A stretch of 63,496 bases of DNA, filler included, from Octopus bimaculoides (GCF_001194135.2; 5 parts of 5 records of this genome joined end to end with filler, not necessarily neighbours in it); one strand, 5' to 3'. Numbered from the whole stretch's first letter, positions 49,171 to 61,266 are shown. Notes: generated by a model not told the origin, from the sequence alone. Program-made: numbers and translations.

Positions 49171-49369
49171 ATATATATATATATATATATATAATGTTGA
49201 TGTCATAAGAATTTAAACCCTTCAAGGACATGAAATCATTCTTTATAGGAACAGTGAATCTTGAAGCAAATGAAACTAAATAATAGGATGTCAATATTGG
49301 GTTAAAAAATCCTCTGGATGAAAGAACAAAGTTGGAGGCTCTTCATGGGACTCAAATCCATCATTCTCA

Positions 49370-50321
49370 GCTGAAAAGTGGTAGTCACAGTTCTAGGACA
49401 GCATTCTTCACCCTATGAGATGTCATCTGGTGTACCGCAGGGATCTGTTCTTGGTCCCCTTTTGTTTGTTGCATACATTAATGATATAGATGCCAACTTA
49501 AAGAATGCCAGAGTGCTGAAATATGCAGATGACATCAAGCTGTACCTTGAAATAAGAAGACAGATCCTGAACACTATAGATCTTTCCTGCAATCGGACCG
49601 TGACACAATGCAACAGTGGATTACTGACTGGCAACTGAAGCTGGCTCTGGACAAGTATACCAGCATACATTTTGGGAGGAAAAACCCAGCATCCACATAC
49701 TCTCTCCACAACGTTAATATCAAGAAGTCTTCTTCTGAATGTGTCCTGAGCATTACTGTCGGTAGCGATTTGTGTTGGACAAAGCACATCTCTACAATTG
49801 TCAAGAAGGCCGAGGGTGTCTCAGCATCACTCAGCAAGGCCTTTGTGAGCCACTCTCCAGTTATCTATTTAAGGCTGTATATGGCTATGGTCTGACCACA
49901 CTTGGAATTTGCATCACCAGTCTGGAACCCCTATCTTGCATAGAACATCGACCTTCTGGAAACTGTTCAGAGACGTGCAACCAAGCAAATCCCCTCCATC
50001 AGGCACCTACCACACTCTGAATACCTTGCTTTCCTGGGCATGGATACACTGAAGCTCCGACGTCTGGCAACTGACTTGGTAAACACCCACAAAATTATTA
50101 ACCATCGTGCCAACAACCACCTTGTGAGCACCTTTTTGAGCTCCATGTGTCTAATACACATGGGCATGCCTACAAAGTCAGGAAACAGCACAGCTCCCAT
50201 GACTTTCAGAAGCATTTTTTCACATTCCGTGTTTCTGAATCATAGAACAATTGTTCGTTGCCAAGAGACTGCATCCTTTAGAACCCCCATGCTTCCTGAA
50301 ATTCGCCAACACTACACCTGA
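49370..50321 (+). mobile_element. 5'-truncated CR1/jockey-group LINE reverse transcriptase (pseudogene)
   Basis: SGVPQGSVLGPLLFVAYINDI..KYADDIKLY; QQWITDWQLKL; WTKHISTIVKKA; V*PHLEFASPVWNPY..LETVQRRATK; LKLRRLATDL; QKHFFTFRV. Confidence 0.93.
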
Positions 50322-50356
50322 TATCCCACTCCCATATGCATGCACACATGTAATCA

Positions 50357-50594
50357 TGAAGGCGGTGAGCTGGCAGAACCGTTAGCACGCCGGACGAAAT
50401 GCTTAGTGGTATTTCGTCTGCCGTTACGTTCTGAGTTCAANNNNNNNNNNCGAGGTCGACTTTGCCTTTCATCCTTTCGAGGTCGATTAAATAAGTACCA
50501 GTTACGCACTGGGGTCGATATAATCGACTTAATCCGTTTGTCTGTCCTTGTTTGTTCCCTCTGTGTGTAGCCCCTTGTGGGTAGTAAAGAAATA
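50357..50594 (+). mobile_element. Young SINE family A with 15-bp TSD, inserted just 3' of the CR1 ORF
   Basis: GCACACATGTAATCA at 50342-50356 and 50595-50609. Confidence 0.93.
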
Positions 50595-51529
50595 GCACAC
50601 ATGTAATCAGGACTCATACACTGCTCACTTTCCTGACTTTTGCACATAATTCTATGTGCTGCACATGCACCGTTGATGAGTTGCAGTGCACCTTACAATA
50701 ATTTCCTTATTTTATAAAACACATGCATAAACAACAAGAACAATGCAATCATTGGTAAAATGTATTTTATTTATCAATTTATTTTATCAGTTTTTGTTAA
50801 TAATAATAATAATTTTTTCTCCAAATTTTACAATAAAATACATGAAAATCTTAGAATCCCTTTTGTGTCTTTAGAAATGTCCAATATTAGAGAAATGGCA
50901 TCAGTTTTTCATTAACCATTAATTATATCATATTCTTGTAATGTTACTATTACTGTTGTGATTATTATTATTATTATTAATTTACACTATATTTGTGTTG
51001 TTTCTTGCTTTCCTTCTTTTTTTCTTTTTTTTGCAGTATATAAAACTATCTGGGTGAGGGTGGGAGGTGGATCAAAGGTGAAAGGTGAAGGTCAGAAGAG
51101 TGAGATATGAGATGGGGAGGGATGAAGATTCTGTGATGTTGACCAGTGGAAAGTATAGAATGTGGATAGTGACTGGTCAGTAGTGGGCGATTGTGGGGTG
51201 AAAAAAGAGTGGGGAGTTTTCAGGTTATTCATTGATCAACAGTGAACTTAACGAGACATTGATTGGTCATTGAAAATGGGGGAGGAGGAGGAGGAGGAAG
51301 TGCTTTAAGTCATTGATTAGACAATGGTTGGTGCATTCTATAACTAAATGATTTCTAATTAAAAATTTGTGAAGTGTAGTAGTAGTAGTAGTGAGGGTAG
51401 GCCTTATTCTTGTACATTGTATGGGAAGGGGAGTGAAAAGAAGGGTAAAAGAGAGACTGAGAAGGAGGTAGAAATATAGAAGACTTTGAGGTAGGGCAGG
51501 GAGGAGGGGAGACATTTGAAATCAATGAG

Positions 51530-51660
51530 TTGTTGTTGTATAGCCCCAGGTTAACCTTGATTTAGTGAACAGACAGACCTATGATCAAATATACTCCAGC
51601 TGTGATTTGAAGGTGATTGTGCTGCTATTTCTAGCAGAACAATTAACCACATAGGGACTT
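51530..51660 (-). mobile_element. Repeat family F copy (internally deleted) with (CAA)n tail
   Basis: GTTGTTGTTGTATAGCCCCAGGTTAACC..CTGCTATTTCTAGCAGAACAATTAACCACATA. Confidence 0.7.
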
Positions 51661-52439
51661 TTTCGTTGGTTGAAAGGGAAAAAACGAGAAGGATAGAGAT
51701 AGAGTAAATAAAAGGAGAGGGAAGGATTTGTGGGGAGAAGGAGATGACAGTAAAGGGAGAGAGAGAGAAACAGTTGAGAGAGAGGGAAAGACTGAAAAAG
51801 AGAGAGAGAGAGTGTGTGTTTGTTTGTTTCAGAGAGTGTGGGGAGGGAGTATTTTGTTGATAATAACCTTGATTCTTGATAGAAATCCATGAGAAATCTC
51901 TAAGATTAATTCCAAAGTGTTAATGAATATCTCATCGTTGTTGTTGTTGACACTAATCATCATCATTATTATCATCAACTAAAACAAAAATGACCAATTT
52001 CAGTCTCTTTTACAACGGCACAAAAATGAAATGTAGATTTGGTTATTAATGTATGGCACCTCCCACATGGACATGCATACCCCCACATGGCTGAAATCTT
52101 GGGTCATCAGTCGTTTGTGAGGTCACCTATTCTTTCTGGTAGGATTTTATCTTTTGTCAGAAAGAAGCTAAAAATGTGTGTATGTATGTATGTATGTGAG
52201 CATGTTAGATTTCTAAATTTCCTGTGTATGTGTTATATTTAGATGTTATATTTCTATATTTTGTTGTAGATTGTAAGTAGTGTGTAGAAAATATGCTGGT
52301 CGGGGTACTCTAGTTAAGCCTAATTAGAGTACATCTCACTGCCAACATAGTTAAGTACAACCATAGAACTTATATATAAGTTTTAATTATTATTTAACTG
52401 AAGGATATACCTGACTGACCAAACTTATAATCAAAGACC

Positions 52440-52560
52440 CTCCTTGTTAGGAACCATCCTGACTTGGTTGCAATGCTCCTAGAAGCATGTTGTCTGTGTT
52501 CTTTCTGTAAGAGGTTTGATGTGGTTTGGCTGCTATTTCTAGCAGGTCAAATGATACTGC
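52440..52560 (-). mobile_element. Repeat family F fragment
   Basis: GTAAGAGGTTTGATGTGGTTTGGCTGCTATTTCTAGCAGGTCAAAT. Confidence 0.6.
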
Positions 52561-53329
52561 AGAAGTTCTCTGTAGGGCTTTAGCAGGGCTTTGATTTTGG
52601 TTACTTGGAGAAAATGGTCTGAGATTTAGAACTTATAATTCTGATCCTGTGGTTAGTAAATTATCTTCTAGGGGTAGGTGTATGCTATTAATCCTTAGTC
52701 AAGATTCTCAGGTATTACTTAAATATAAGAGGTGGGGAATAGCTTTTCTAAATCTAAATCCACCAACCACAGATATTGTCTCTCTAAACAACCACATTTT
52801 ACAGATAAAACGCATTATGGAAAATAATCTGTTTAATCTTTAAAACCAATAACAATAATTTAAACCAAAAACAATAATTTAAAACAAATTATATACCCAA
52901 ATTAAATTGTAAAATTAAGTTTATTTTCCTCAGCACAGATGTGATGCACCCACACATAACTGCCATTCACCTTTGGTCTTAAGCATGAGTTTCCTACCCA
53001 TGAACTAATAAAAGACATTTCCCACTGGACAGGGTGAGTTTTTTCTTACAAACTGAATGGGGTAGGGAGGCGTTCAGAGTATAACCACCCCAGTACCTGA
53101 TTATTATTTTCTGTAATTTTGTAAAACTTTCTGGAAGGATGGAAGAGAAAGTTATCTGTGGTGAGATTTTTGCACAAAAACAAAACACATAACTAAATAC
53201 CATAATACATTTTGTCCAGAATGGGTGGCTGTTTGAGGGAGATTTATCTACTATTTCCAACAGGCTCAGTGACCGAGTAAGACTTCTTTATAATGGGAGG
53301 CTATAGCTTTCAACTAATAATAACTCTAA

Positions 53330-54300
53330 TTTTAAGGGGAGGAGCAAGACCTGAAATTTTGTGGGTTGGGGGCAAATTGATTATATATCAACCTCATAAA
53401 GAGGAAAAGCAAACTCAAGCTCTGTGGAATTCTAACTCTGAGCATAAAGACAGACAAAATGTTAACAATTCTGTCAGCTTGCCACCTTAATAAGTTATTA
53501 TGGGGTTAACTAAATCAACCTTAGTATTCATTGACTCCAGGGAGATTAAAAGGAATGATCAACCATCAGTGAAATATGAACCTAGAACACAAAGGGTTGT
53601 AAAATTGTATGTCTATCACTTTTGCCAAACAACTTAGTGGTTGTAGTAGTAGTGACTTCTTAAAGAGGCAAAAGGCCAGAATTTTGGACCAGAGGGTATA
53701 ATTTGAATTATATGGACCCAGGGAAAATGAAAGGTGAAGTTGATCTTAGTGGGATTTGAGCTTAAATTATAAAAGCTGTAACTAAATACCACAAGGCATT
53801 TCTTCTGGTATTCTAACATCTCTGTCAATCCATCAGCCAATAATGCTTTGTAAGATAGGTAGAAAGCCACCGGGGGTTATGTTGAAACCAGTATGTAACT
53901 GGTACATCACTGATACTATAGAACCAAGGCCCTAACGGTGGGAGAGGAACAAACATTTGAATCTATAGACCCTGATTTCTTCCACTGACATAAAGCCAGA
54001 AAAATGGAGTGTGAAGGTGGGAGATGATATAGAAGACTGAACCCAGATTGTGACTGGTATTTCTTTTATCAACAATCAACAAGACTAATAAAATGTTTCA
54101 ATTATTGGCACAAGGCCAGCAATTTTAGGGAGAGGCCATTACTCTATTACATCGACTCTCCCCAGTAGTCAACTGGTACTCTATTTTTGTCAGGCTTGAA
54201 AGGATGAAAAACTAAGTTGACTTTAGCAGGATTGGAACTCAGAATGTAAAGAGCTGGAAGTAAATCTGCTATGCATTTTGTCTGAAGCACTTATGTTTCT
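53330..54300 (-). mobile_element. Cluster of at least four co-oriented decayed SINE family A copies
   Basis: Bodies at about 53340-53490, 53500-53635, 53660-53840 and 54090-54300, each with the reverse-complement B-box region (..GAACTCAG/GAACCTAG/GAGCTT..). Confidence 0.7.
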
Positions 54301-54315
54301 GTTAGGTCATTTGCT

Positions 54316-54357
<42 letters not shown>

Positions 54358-54521
54358 TTGATGATAAACTTGAAAAAAAATCTGTCAATTGGAGAATTGT
54401 TTGAAAATCTGAATTATTGATGCAAATATATTTTAAAATATGGAATATTCTGGAGAAATTTCCATCAATTAGAAACAAAAAACAAAACAAAACAGAAATA
54501 TACATCTTCATATATACATCC

Positions 54522-54555
<34 letters not shown>

Positions 54556-54788
54556 TCATATATATATAATATACATATGTATACATATATATAATATTCT
54601 ATGTATATGTAAAAGGTTTACCAATAGTGATATTATGTGGTAATATAACAAAGGTTATCAGAATTAACAAAACAGTAGATTGTTGTTGTTGTTGTTGTTA
54701 CCATAATTATTATTATGATTACAACATGACAATAGGAATATTGATAAAAATATAGATTTTTTTTTCTGAATATTTTCTGGGTATTTTT

Positions 54789-54830
<42 letters not shown>

Positions 54831-55277
54831 GAGTTTAAAATCCTTTCAGTTTGTGATTGAATATTCTCTCCATATTTTATTCTGCAACTGTTTTTCACTG
54901 GAATTGGTTAGCAATGGAGGTTTTTGTGCGTTGAAAGTTTTTACAGTAAGTTGGATGTATGGTCTGTCCTAGTTACTGTATGAAGAGGTGAGGCGTTCAA
55001 AGTCTACAGTTTCTAAAATTAGGTTCCAAGAAGTTTGGTAAAAAAGCTGAAATAATTTACAAGAATCAAAAGAAATCTCTAATATTTAGTCGCACTATAA
55101 ACACTACATACATACACACTACAGACACTACAGGCATATATATCGAACAGCCAACTGCCATCTCTGAAGAGCACAGGGCTATATAATCGAGCAGTTATCT
55201 AACACTCCACTGAACCCCTAGTGCAAAACTGATTGGTAAGATCAGCTGTTATGGATACATAATACTGTATATTTCGA

Positions 55278-55343
<66 letters not shown>

Positions 55344-55986
55344 CACACACATACATACACACTGTAAACGTATATATCCAAGACAGCCCTACACTTATAC
55401 CATACAAACACTACACACACATGCACTATAAATGCAACAGGCACATATATCCAAGACATGCATATATACTATACAGACACTATATACATATACACCCTAT
55501 ACATTCAGATACTATTCTATAGGCTTCATCATCAACATTTAGACNNNNNNNNNNNNNNNNNNNNNNNNNNNNNNNNNNNNNNNNNNNNNNNNNNNNNNNN
55601 NNNNNNNNNNNNNNNNNNNNNNNNNNNNNNNNNNNNNNNNNNNNNNNNNNNNNNNNNNNNNNNNNNNNNNNNNNNNNNNNNNNNNNNNNNNNNNNNNNNN
55701 NNNNNNNNNNNNNNNNNNNNNNNNNNNNNNNNNNNNNNNNNNNNNNNNNNNNNNNNNNNNNNNNNNNNNNNNNNNNNNNNNNNNNNNNNNNNNNNNNNNN
55801 NNNNNNNNNNNNNNNNNNNNNNNNNNNNNNNNNNNNNNNNNNNNNNNNNNNNNNNNNNNNNNNNNNNNNNNNNNNNNNNNNNNNNNNNNNNNNNNNNNNN
55901 NNNNNNNNNNNNNNNNNNNNNNNNNNNNNNNNNNNNNNNNNNNNNNNNNNNNNNNNNNNNNNNNNNNNNNNNNNNNNNNNNNNNNN

Positions 55987-56215
55987 TATATACTGGAGTA
56001 AGCACATAAAATGTGCAACAAGGTGGAAAGAAGAGTACTCAAATACCAGAGGTAGAGTAATATGCTTTATTTAAAAGCAGCAGAAATATAACAAAAGACT
56101 GTTACTCGGAGTTTCACGTTCCCGTTCATCAAACAAAACTGTCCGATGAACGGGAACGTGAAACTCCGAGTAACAGTCTTTTGTTATATTTCTGCTGCTT
56201 TTAAATAAGGTATAT
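55987..56215. ncRNA. PLE terminal-repeat-like element forming a perfect 64-bp inverted repeat, with a type-I hammerhead fold on each strand
   Basis: Arms 56067-56130 and 56145-56208. Plus strand: ACUGU CCGAUGA ACG GGAA CGU GAAA CUCCGAG UA ACAGU (56138-56177). Minus-strand mirror has a UUGAUGA core. Confidence 0.78.
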
Positions 56216-56261
56216 ATATAGACAGGCGGGCAGGTAGACAGACAGACAGACAATATAATTA

Positions 56262-56414
56262 TAATTAAGGCACAAAAACCACTATGCCTACATGCTAAAA
56301 ACAAAGACACCAAATATGTCCAACAACTACAACATTCACTTCAATATACATGGTTGGATGTATTTGGCATCTCTTTCTAGCATATAGGTATAGTGGTTTC
56401 TGAGCCCTTAATTA
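56262..56414. repeat. 153-bp imperfect fold-back (about 62-bp arms, 28-nt loop)
   Basis: TAATTAAGGCACAAAAACCACTATGCCTACATGCTAAAAA..CCAAATATGTCCAAC versus the reverse complement of GTTGGATGTATTTGGCATCTCTTTCTAGCATATAGGTATAGTGGTTTCTGAGCCCTTAATTA. Confidence 0.85.
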
Positions 56415-56689
56415 TTATCATGATCTATATGATTATATATCTATACACGGATTTTACCAAAAAAGGTTTTTTCTTTATATGCTGGCCCCAGATAAAATCC
56501 ATTCATTTTTAATGATTTTGTCTAATTATGTTGAGATGTATTTCATTCACTTCAGGACCGTTTATTTACTTCTGCACTATTCTTACCAAATACACAAGTG
56601 TTGAGCTGGACTACGAAATTCGATTTCTATATATTTGTGGATATTCATATGTACTCGTATTTGTGCTTGTGCATTTATATGGGTATACT

Positions 56690-56910
56690 CTCTTTTACTT
56701 GTTTCAGTCATTTGACTGCGGCCATGCTGGGGCACCGCTTTTAGTCGAGCAACTCGACACCAGGACTTATTCTTTGTAAACCTAGTACTTATTCTATCGG
56801 TCTCTTTTTGCCGAACCGCCAAGTTACGGGGACGCAAACACACCAGCATCGGTCGTCAAGCGAAGCTGGAGGGACAAACACAGACACACAAACATATACA
56901 CACACATACA
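56690..56910 (-). mobile_element. SINE family B 3' half
   Basis: CTTTTACTTGTTTCAGTCATTTGACTGCGGCCATGCTGGGGCACCGC..GGGACAAACACAGACAC. Confidence 0.92.
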
Positions 56911-56912
56911 CA

Positions 56913-57012
56913 NNNNNNNNNNNNNNNNNNNNNNNNNNNNNNNNNNNNNNNNNNNNTTAATTAATTAANNNNNNNNNNNNNNNNNNNNNNNNNNNNNNNN
57001 NNNNNNNNNNNN
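56913..57012. other. Artificial 100-bp scaffold linker
   Basis: 44 N + TTAATTAATTAA (56957-56968) + 44 N. Confidence 0.95.
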
Positions 57013-57069
<57 letters not shown>

Positions 57070-57279
57070 CTATTACATTGTATTTTGTTTACCTCAATCG
57101 AACTTGATCTCTCCCTCTATTACGTTCTTTGCTCTAATTGTTCTCATTAGAAAACTACGTTTCAATACCACTTTGTGATCTTGGCAAATTTGGATAGGTT
57201 ACACCAAGATTTATTTAAGCAACCGGTTAGAGACATTGTCACTACGTGATAAACTGCGTTGCTTCTATAATATTTATTT

Positions 57280-57430
57280 GTTATCTGAGTTCAAGTTTTG
57301 CCAAGGTCGACTTTGCTTTTCATCCTTTCGGGGTCGATAAATTAAGTACCAGTTGTGTACTGGGGTCGATCTAATCGACTGCCCCCCTCCCCAAAAGTTT
57401 CAGGGCTTGTGCTTAGAGTAGAAAAGAATA
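57280..57430 (+). mobile_element. SINE family A (5'-truncated, short-tail variant)
   Basis: CTGAGTTCAAG..GGTCGACTTTGCTTTTCATCCTTTCGGGGTCGATAAATTAAGTACCAG..GGGCTTGTGCTTAGAGTAGAAAAG. Confidence 0.9.
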
Positions 57431-58330
57431 TTTATTTGTTATTTGGCACAAGTTTTGGGAAAAAGGAATATGTTAAAGGACTGAACCAAATAAAAGTATT
57501 CTACTGATTAGAAACTTAGAAATTAATAGAAATAGTGAACTACATTTGTGTCGTTAACCATCACTACCAAATCTCAGCGTAAACATTCATACAAAAATAT
57601 CAGCCAAATTCCTTAAAATCTCACACTAACCCTTTGGAAAAGGACAGTACATAGTCTAATGTAGTCCAAGATAAGTTATGTCAGGAGAAAAAGATAGGAG
57701 GGGCTTATTCGATCAGAGCTGATTTGAGCAACAATATCAATAAAAGCTATAACAACATCAACAGTGTGAACAAGCCAATGTAGAGGCCCTTTATGTTGTT
57801 GCTCGATCTGCCGAACATCACAGCCAAATCTCCCACAAATCTTTAATGAGAAAGAACACATAAGATTACAAGAAAGCAGAATGAGTACGAGCGATTACGA
57901 GCAGAACGCCTTTAATAATAAATATGCTCAATCCGGTCTGACTTGGGACTTATCGATGAGAAAACAACGAGAATAATAACAACTAATCGAAACAATAAGT
58001 AATTGAAAAGAAACTTGATATTGGTAAGACGTAAAAGTCGAATTATGGGCGCTAAACAGAGTGTGTGTGTGTGTGTGTTGAAAATACTTAGTTTAAATTC
58101 AGTATTGGAAGAAGTTGACTGTCGTATCAATATCTGGGAGGAGAATGGCTGAATCAGTAGAGGAAATGAACTAAATGACCTAGCCATATTTACTTATGTT
58201 GCTTTACGTTCCGAGTTCAAATTCCCTGCGTTTAAATTTTTTTCCCCTTACTCATCTGAGGCCAACAGAATAAGTACCATTCAAGTACCGAGGTTGATAC
58301 AACCAGCTACACCATGCAACGAATTTCAGT

Positions 58331-58416
58331 ATCATATCAATAGACTATATAAATATCATATCAATAGACTATATAAATATCATATCAATAGACTTTTTCT
58401 CTATCAATAGACTATA
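58331..58416. repeat. 24-bp tandem repeat (ATCATATCAATAGACTATATAAAT) x2 plus two partial units
   Basis: Units at 58331, 58355, 58379 (partial) and 58402 (partial). Confidence 0.92.
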
Positions 58417-59324
58417 CCCTTTTCTCCGCCATAAACTCTGGCCTTGTACCTTGTCTTTATCATCATTATTGTCGCTGTCATCGTGAAGCAATCGTGTGGT
58501 ATTGCTATTGGAAGCAAGGAAGTAGGAAGGGATAAAGTAGTTACTTTAGTGCCAAACTCCAGGGGTTGATATGTTGTCATATTATAACGAATGCTGTCAT
58601 CATATCCATGTTTACCTCCTGTTGACACCACGCTGATTTTAACGCTAGATACATAACCGAACTGGGAACGACAATCTCCACCCCCACCTCCCCCNNNNNN
58701 NNNNNNNNNNNNNNNNNNNNNNNNNNNNNNNNNNNNNNNNNNNNNNNNNNNNNNNNNNNNNNNNNNNNNNNNNNNNNNNNNNNNNNNNNNNNNNNNNNNN
58801 NNNNNNNNNNNNNNNNNNNNNNNNNNNNNNNNNNNNNNNNNNNNNNNNNNNNNNNNNNNNNNNNNNNNNNNNNNNNNNNNNNNNNNNNNNNNNNNNNNNN
58901 NNNNNNNNNNNNNNNNNNNNNNNNNNNNNNTTTCTATCGCCTTCCACCGTGGAGCGAATAAAAAAAAGCATGCGTATGTTATAGTTCCGTGTTGTGCACC
59001 ATGGGTAGTACTCATTAAAGAATTTCTCAGGGAATCGGTACAAACCGCCTGTTACCGTCATTTTGGTCACAGCAAGAATTAATCAGAGTCAATCAGTGCG
59101 ATGAGCTCGATTAAAATGTGACTTAAGAACCTAATTACAAATATAATATAATAAAATATTGAATGAATAAATAAATACTTCACAGCAACATTAGTAAGAA
59201 CAAGTTTTTAATTTCCAAAATTGCAATCAAGACTTTTGGTATTTATAAGGTCGTTAGTGGAATAGTATAGCTTGTTTGGAGAAATTCAATCGTCTTATTT
59301 ATGGAATGATAACCTGTGGTTCAA

Positions 59325-59707
59325 GGATTCGTGGCACTCCGTCGGTTACGACGAAGAGGGTTCCAATTGATCCGATCAACGGAACATCCTGCTCGTGAAA
59401 TTAACGTGCAAGTGGCTGAGCACTCCACCAACACGTGTAGCCCTTAACGCAGTACTCGGGGAGATTCAGCGTGACACAGAGTGTGACAAGGCTGGCCCTC
59501 TGAAATACAGGTACAACAGAAACAGGAAGAAAGAATAAGAGAAAGTTGTGGTGAAAGAGTACTGCATGGTTTGCGACCACTCCTGCCGAGCCTCGTGGAG
59601 CTTTAGGTGTTTCCACTTAATAAACACTCACAGCAACCGGTTTGGGAATCGAAACCGCGATCCTGTGTCCACGAGTCCGCTACCCTAACGACTGGACCAT
59701 TGCGCCT
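59325..59707 (-). mobile_element. tRNA-derived SINE family D, near full length
   Basis: Minus-strand head AGGCGCAATGGTCCAGTCGTTAGGGTAGCGGACTCGTGG..GGTTTCGATTCCC (A and B boxes) followed by about 300 bp of non-tRNA body. Confidence 0.75.
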
Positions 59708-60160
59708 NNNNNNNNNNNNNNNNNNNNNNNNNNNNNNNNNNNNNNNNNNNNNNNNNNNNNNNNNNNNNNNNNNNNNNNNNNNNNNNNNNNNNNNNNNNNN
59801 NNNNNNNNNNNNNNNNNNNNNNNNNNNNNNNNNNNNNNNNNNNNNNNNNNNNNNNNNNNNNNNNNNNNNNNNNNNNNNNNNNNNNNNNNNNNNNNNNNNN
59901 NNNNNNNNNNNNNNNNNNNNNNNNNNNNNNNNNNNNNNNNNNNNNNNNNNNNNNNNNNNNNNNNNNNNNNNNNNNNNNNNNNNNNNNNNNNNNNNNNNNN
60001 NNNNNNNNNNNNNNNNNNNNNNNNNNNNNNNNNNNNNNNNNNNNNNNNNNNNNNNNNNNNNNNNNNNNNNNNNNNNNNNNNNNNNNATAATATATATATA
60101 TATGTATATTACATATATATATCTATGGTACATATACATACATATATATATATATTATCT

Positions 60161-60514
60161 GTGTGGTAAGTAGTTTGTTTACCAACCACCTGGTTCTGGG
60201 TTCAGTGTCTTCCACTATCGCCTCGGGCCGACCAAAGCCTTCTGAGTGGATTTGGTAGACGGAAACTGAAAGAAGCCTGTCGTATATATATGTATATGTA
60301 TGTGTGCGTATATGTTTGTGTGTCTGTGCTTGTCCCTCCAACGTCGCTTGACAACCGATGGTGGTGTGTTTACATCCCTGTAACTTGGCGGTTCGGCAAA
60401 ATAGACCGATAGATAAGTACTAGGCTTACAAAGAATAAGTCCTGGGGTCGATTTGCTTGACTAAAGGTGGTGCTCCAGCATGGCCACAGTCCAATGACTG
60501 AAACAAGTAAAAGA
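60161..60514 (+). mobile_element. SINE family B, full length, with internal (TA/TG)n
   Basis: Head GTGTGGTAAG..GGGTTCAG, CCAAAGCCTTCTGAGTGGATTTGGTAGACGGAAACTGAAAGAAGCC, microsatellite, then the 3' domain. Confidence 0.92.
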
Positions 60515-60541
60515 ATATATATATATATATATACTATATAT

Positions 60542-61170
60542 ATAACGAAGCATTGGTGCAAAGGAGTGTTTAGGTATGAGCACAATACAGATTAACTGCT
60601 AAAGGTAAATACACTGCAGTTAGCGTGGAGAAAAACGTCTCTTTTATTTTAACTAATCTAAATTGAGCTCATACCTAAGCACTGCTTTGCACCGATGTTT
60701 CATTATTTATCCCGATCGGGCCATCTACTGACGCAAATCAGTCAAAGTGTTGACTGAATTATATATAAAGCTACAAGCTTTATTTACTTCGTTCAGAGTG
60801 GCTTCTCTTAGGTACATCTCATTGACAAGAGCAAAAAAAAAACTCGAAACATCGATGTCTGAGATTCCTAACACACTAGTGCTTTCATACCATTTTACCA
60901 TAAGAAAGATATTTTCCCCATGGTAACTGCGGTGTACTTACCTTTAGTAGTTGAAATAAGTGACAAACATAATTCAACTAACCTAAATTGAGCTCATACC
61001 TAAACACTGCTTTGCGCCAATGCTTTGTTATTTATCTCGATCGGGCGATCTACTGGCGCAAATCAGTCAACGTGTTGACTGAATTATATATCAAGCTAAA
61101 AACTTTATTTAGTACGTTCAGAGTTGCCTCTCTTAGGTACATCTCATTGAAAACAGTAAAAAAACTGCTG
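60542..61170. repeat. Unclassified repeat: inverted partial copy (60542-60597) plus two about 195-bp direct copies (60651-60847, 60976-61170)
   Basis: AATTGAGCTCATACCTAA(G/A)CACTGCTTTGC.. in both direct copies and in reverse at 60542-60597. Confidence 0.88.
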
Positions 61171-61234
61171 AGGCGACGGGTCGACGAAAGACTTGTGGGT
61201 GGGCTTGGTAGACGGAAACTGAAAGAAGCCCATC

Positions 61235-61266
<32 letters not shown>

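Noticed and set aside
55160-55200. CTGAAGAGCACAGGGCT as a hammerhead core
   Set aside because: No downstream GAAA and no stems I or III.
58404-58694. About 95 open codons on the minus strand next to a gap
   Set aside because: No recognisable domain or splice support; ORFs of this length are expected by chance in a window this size.
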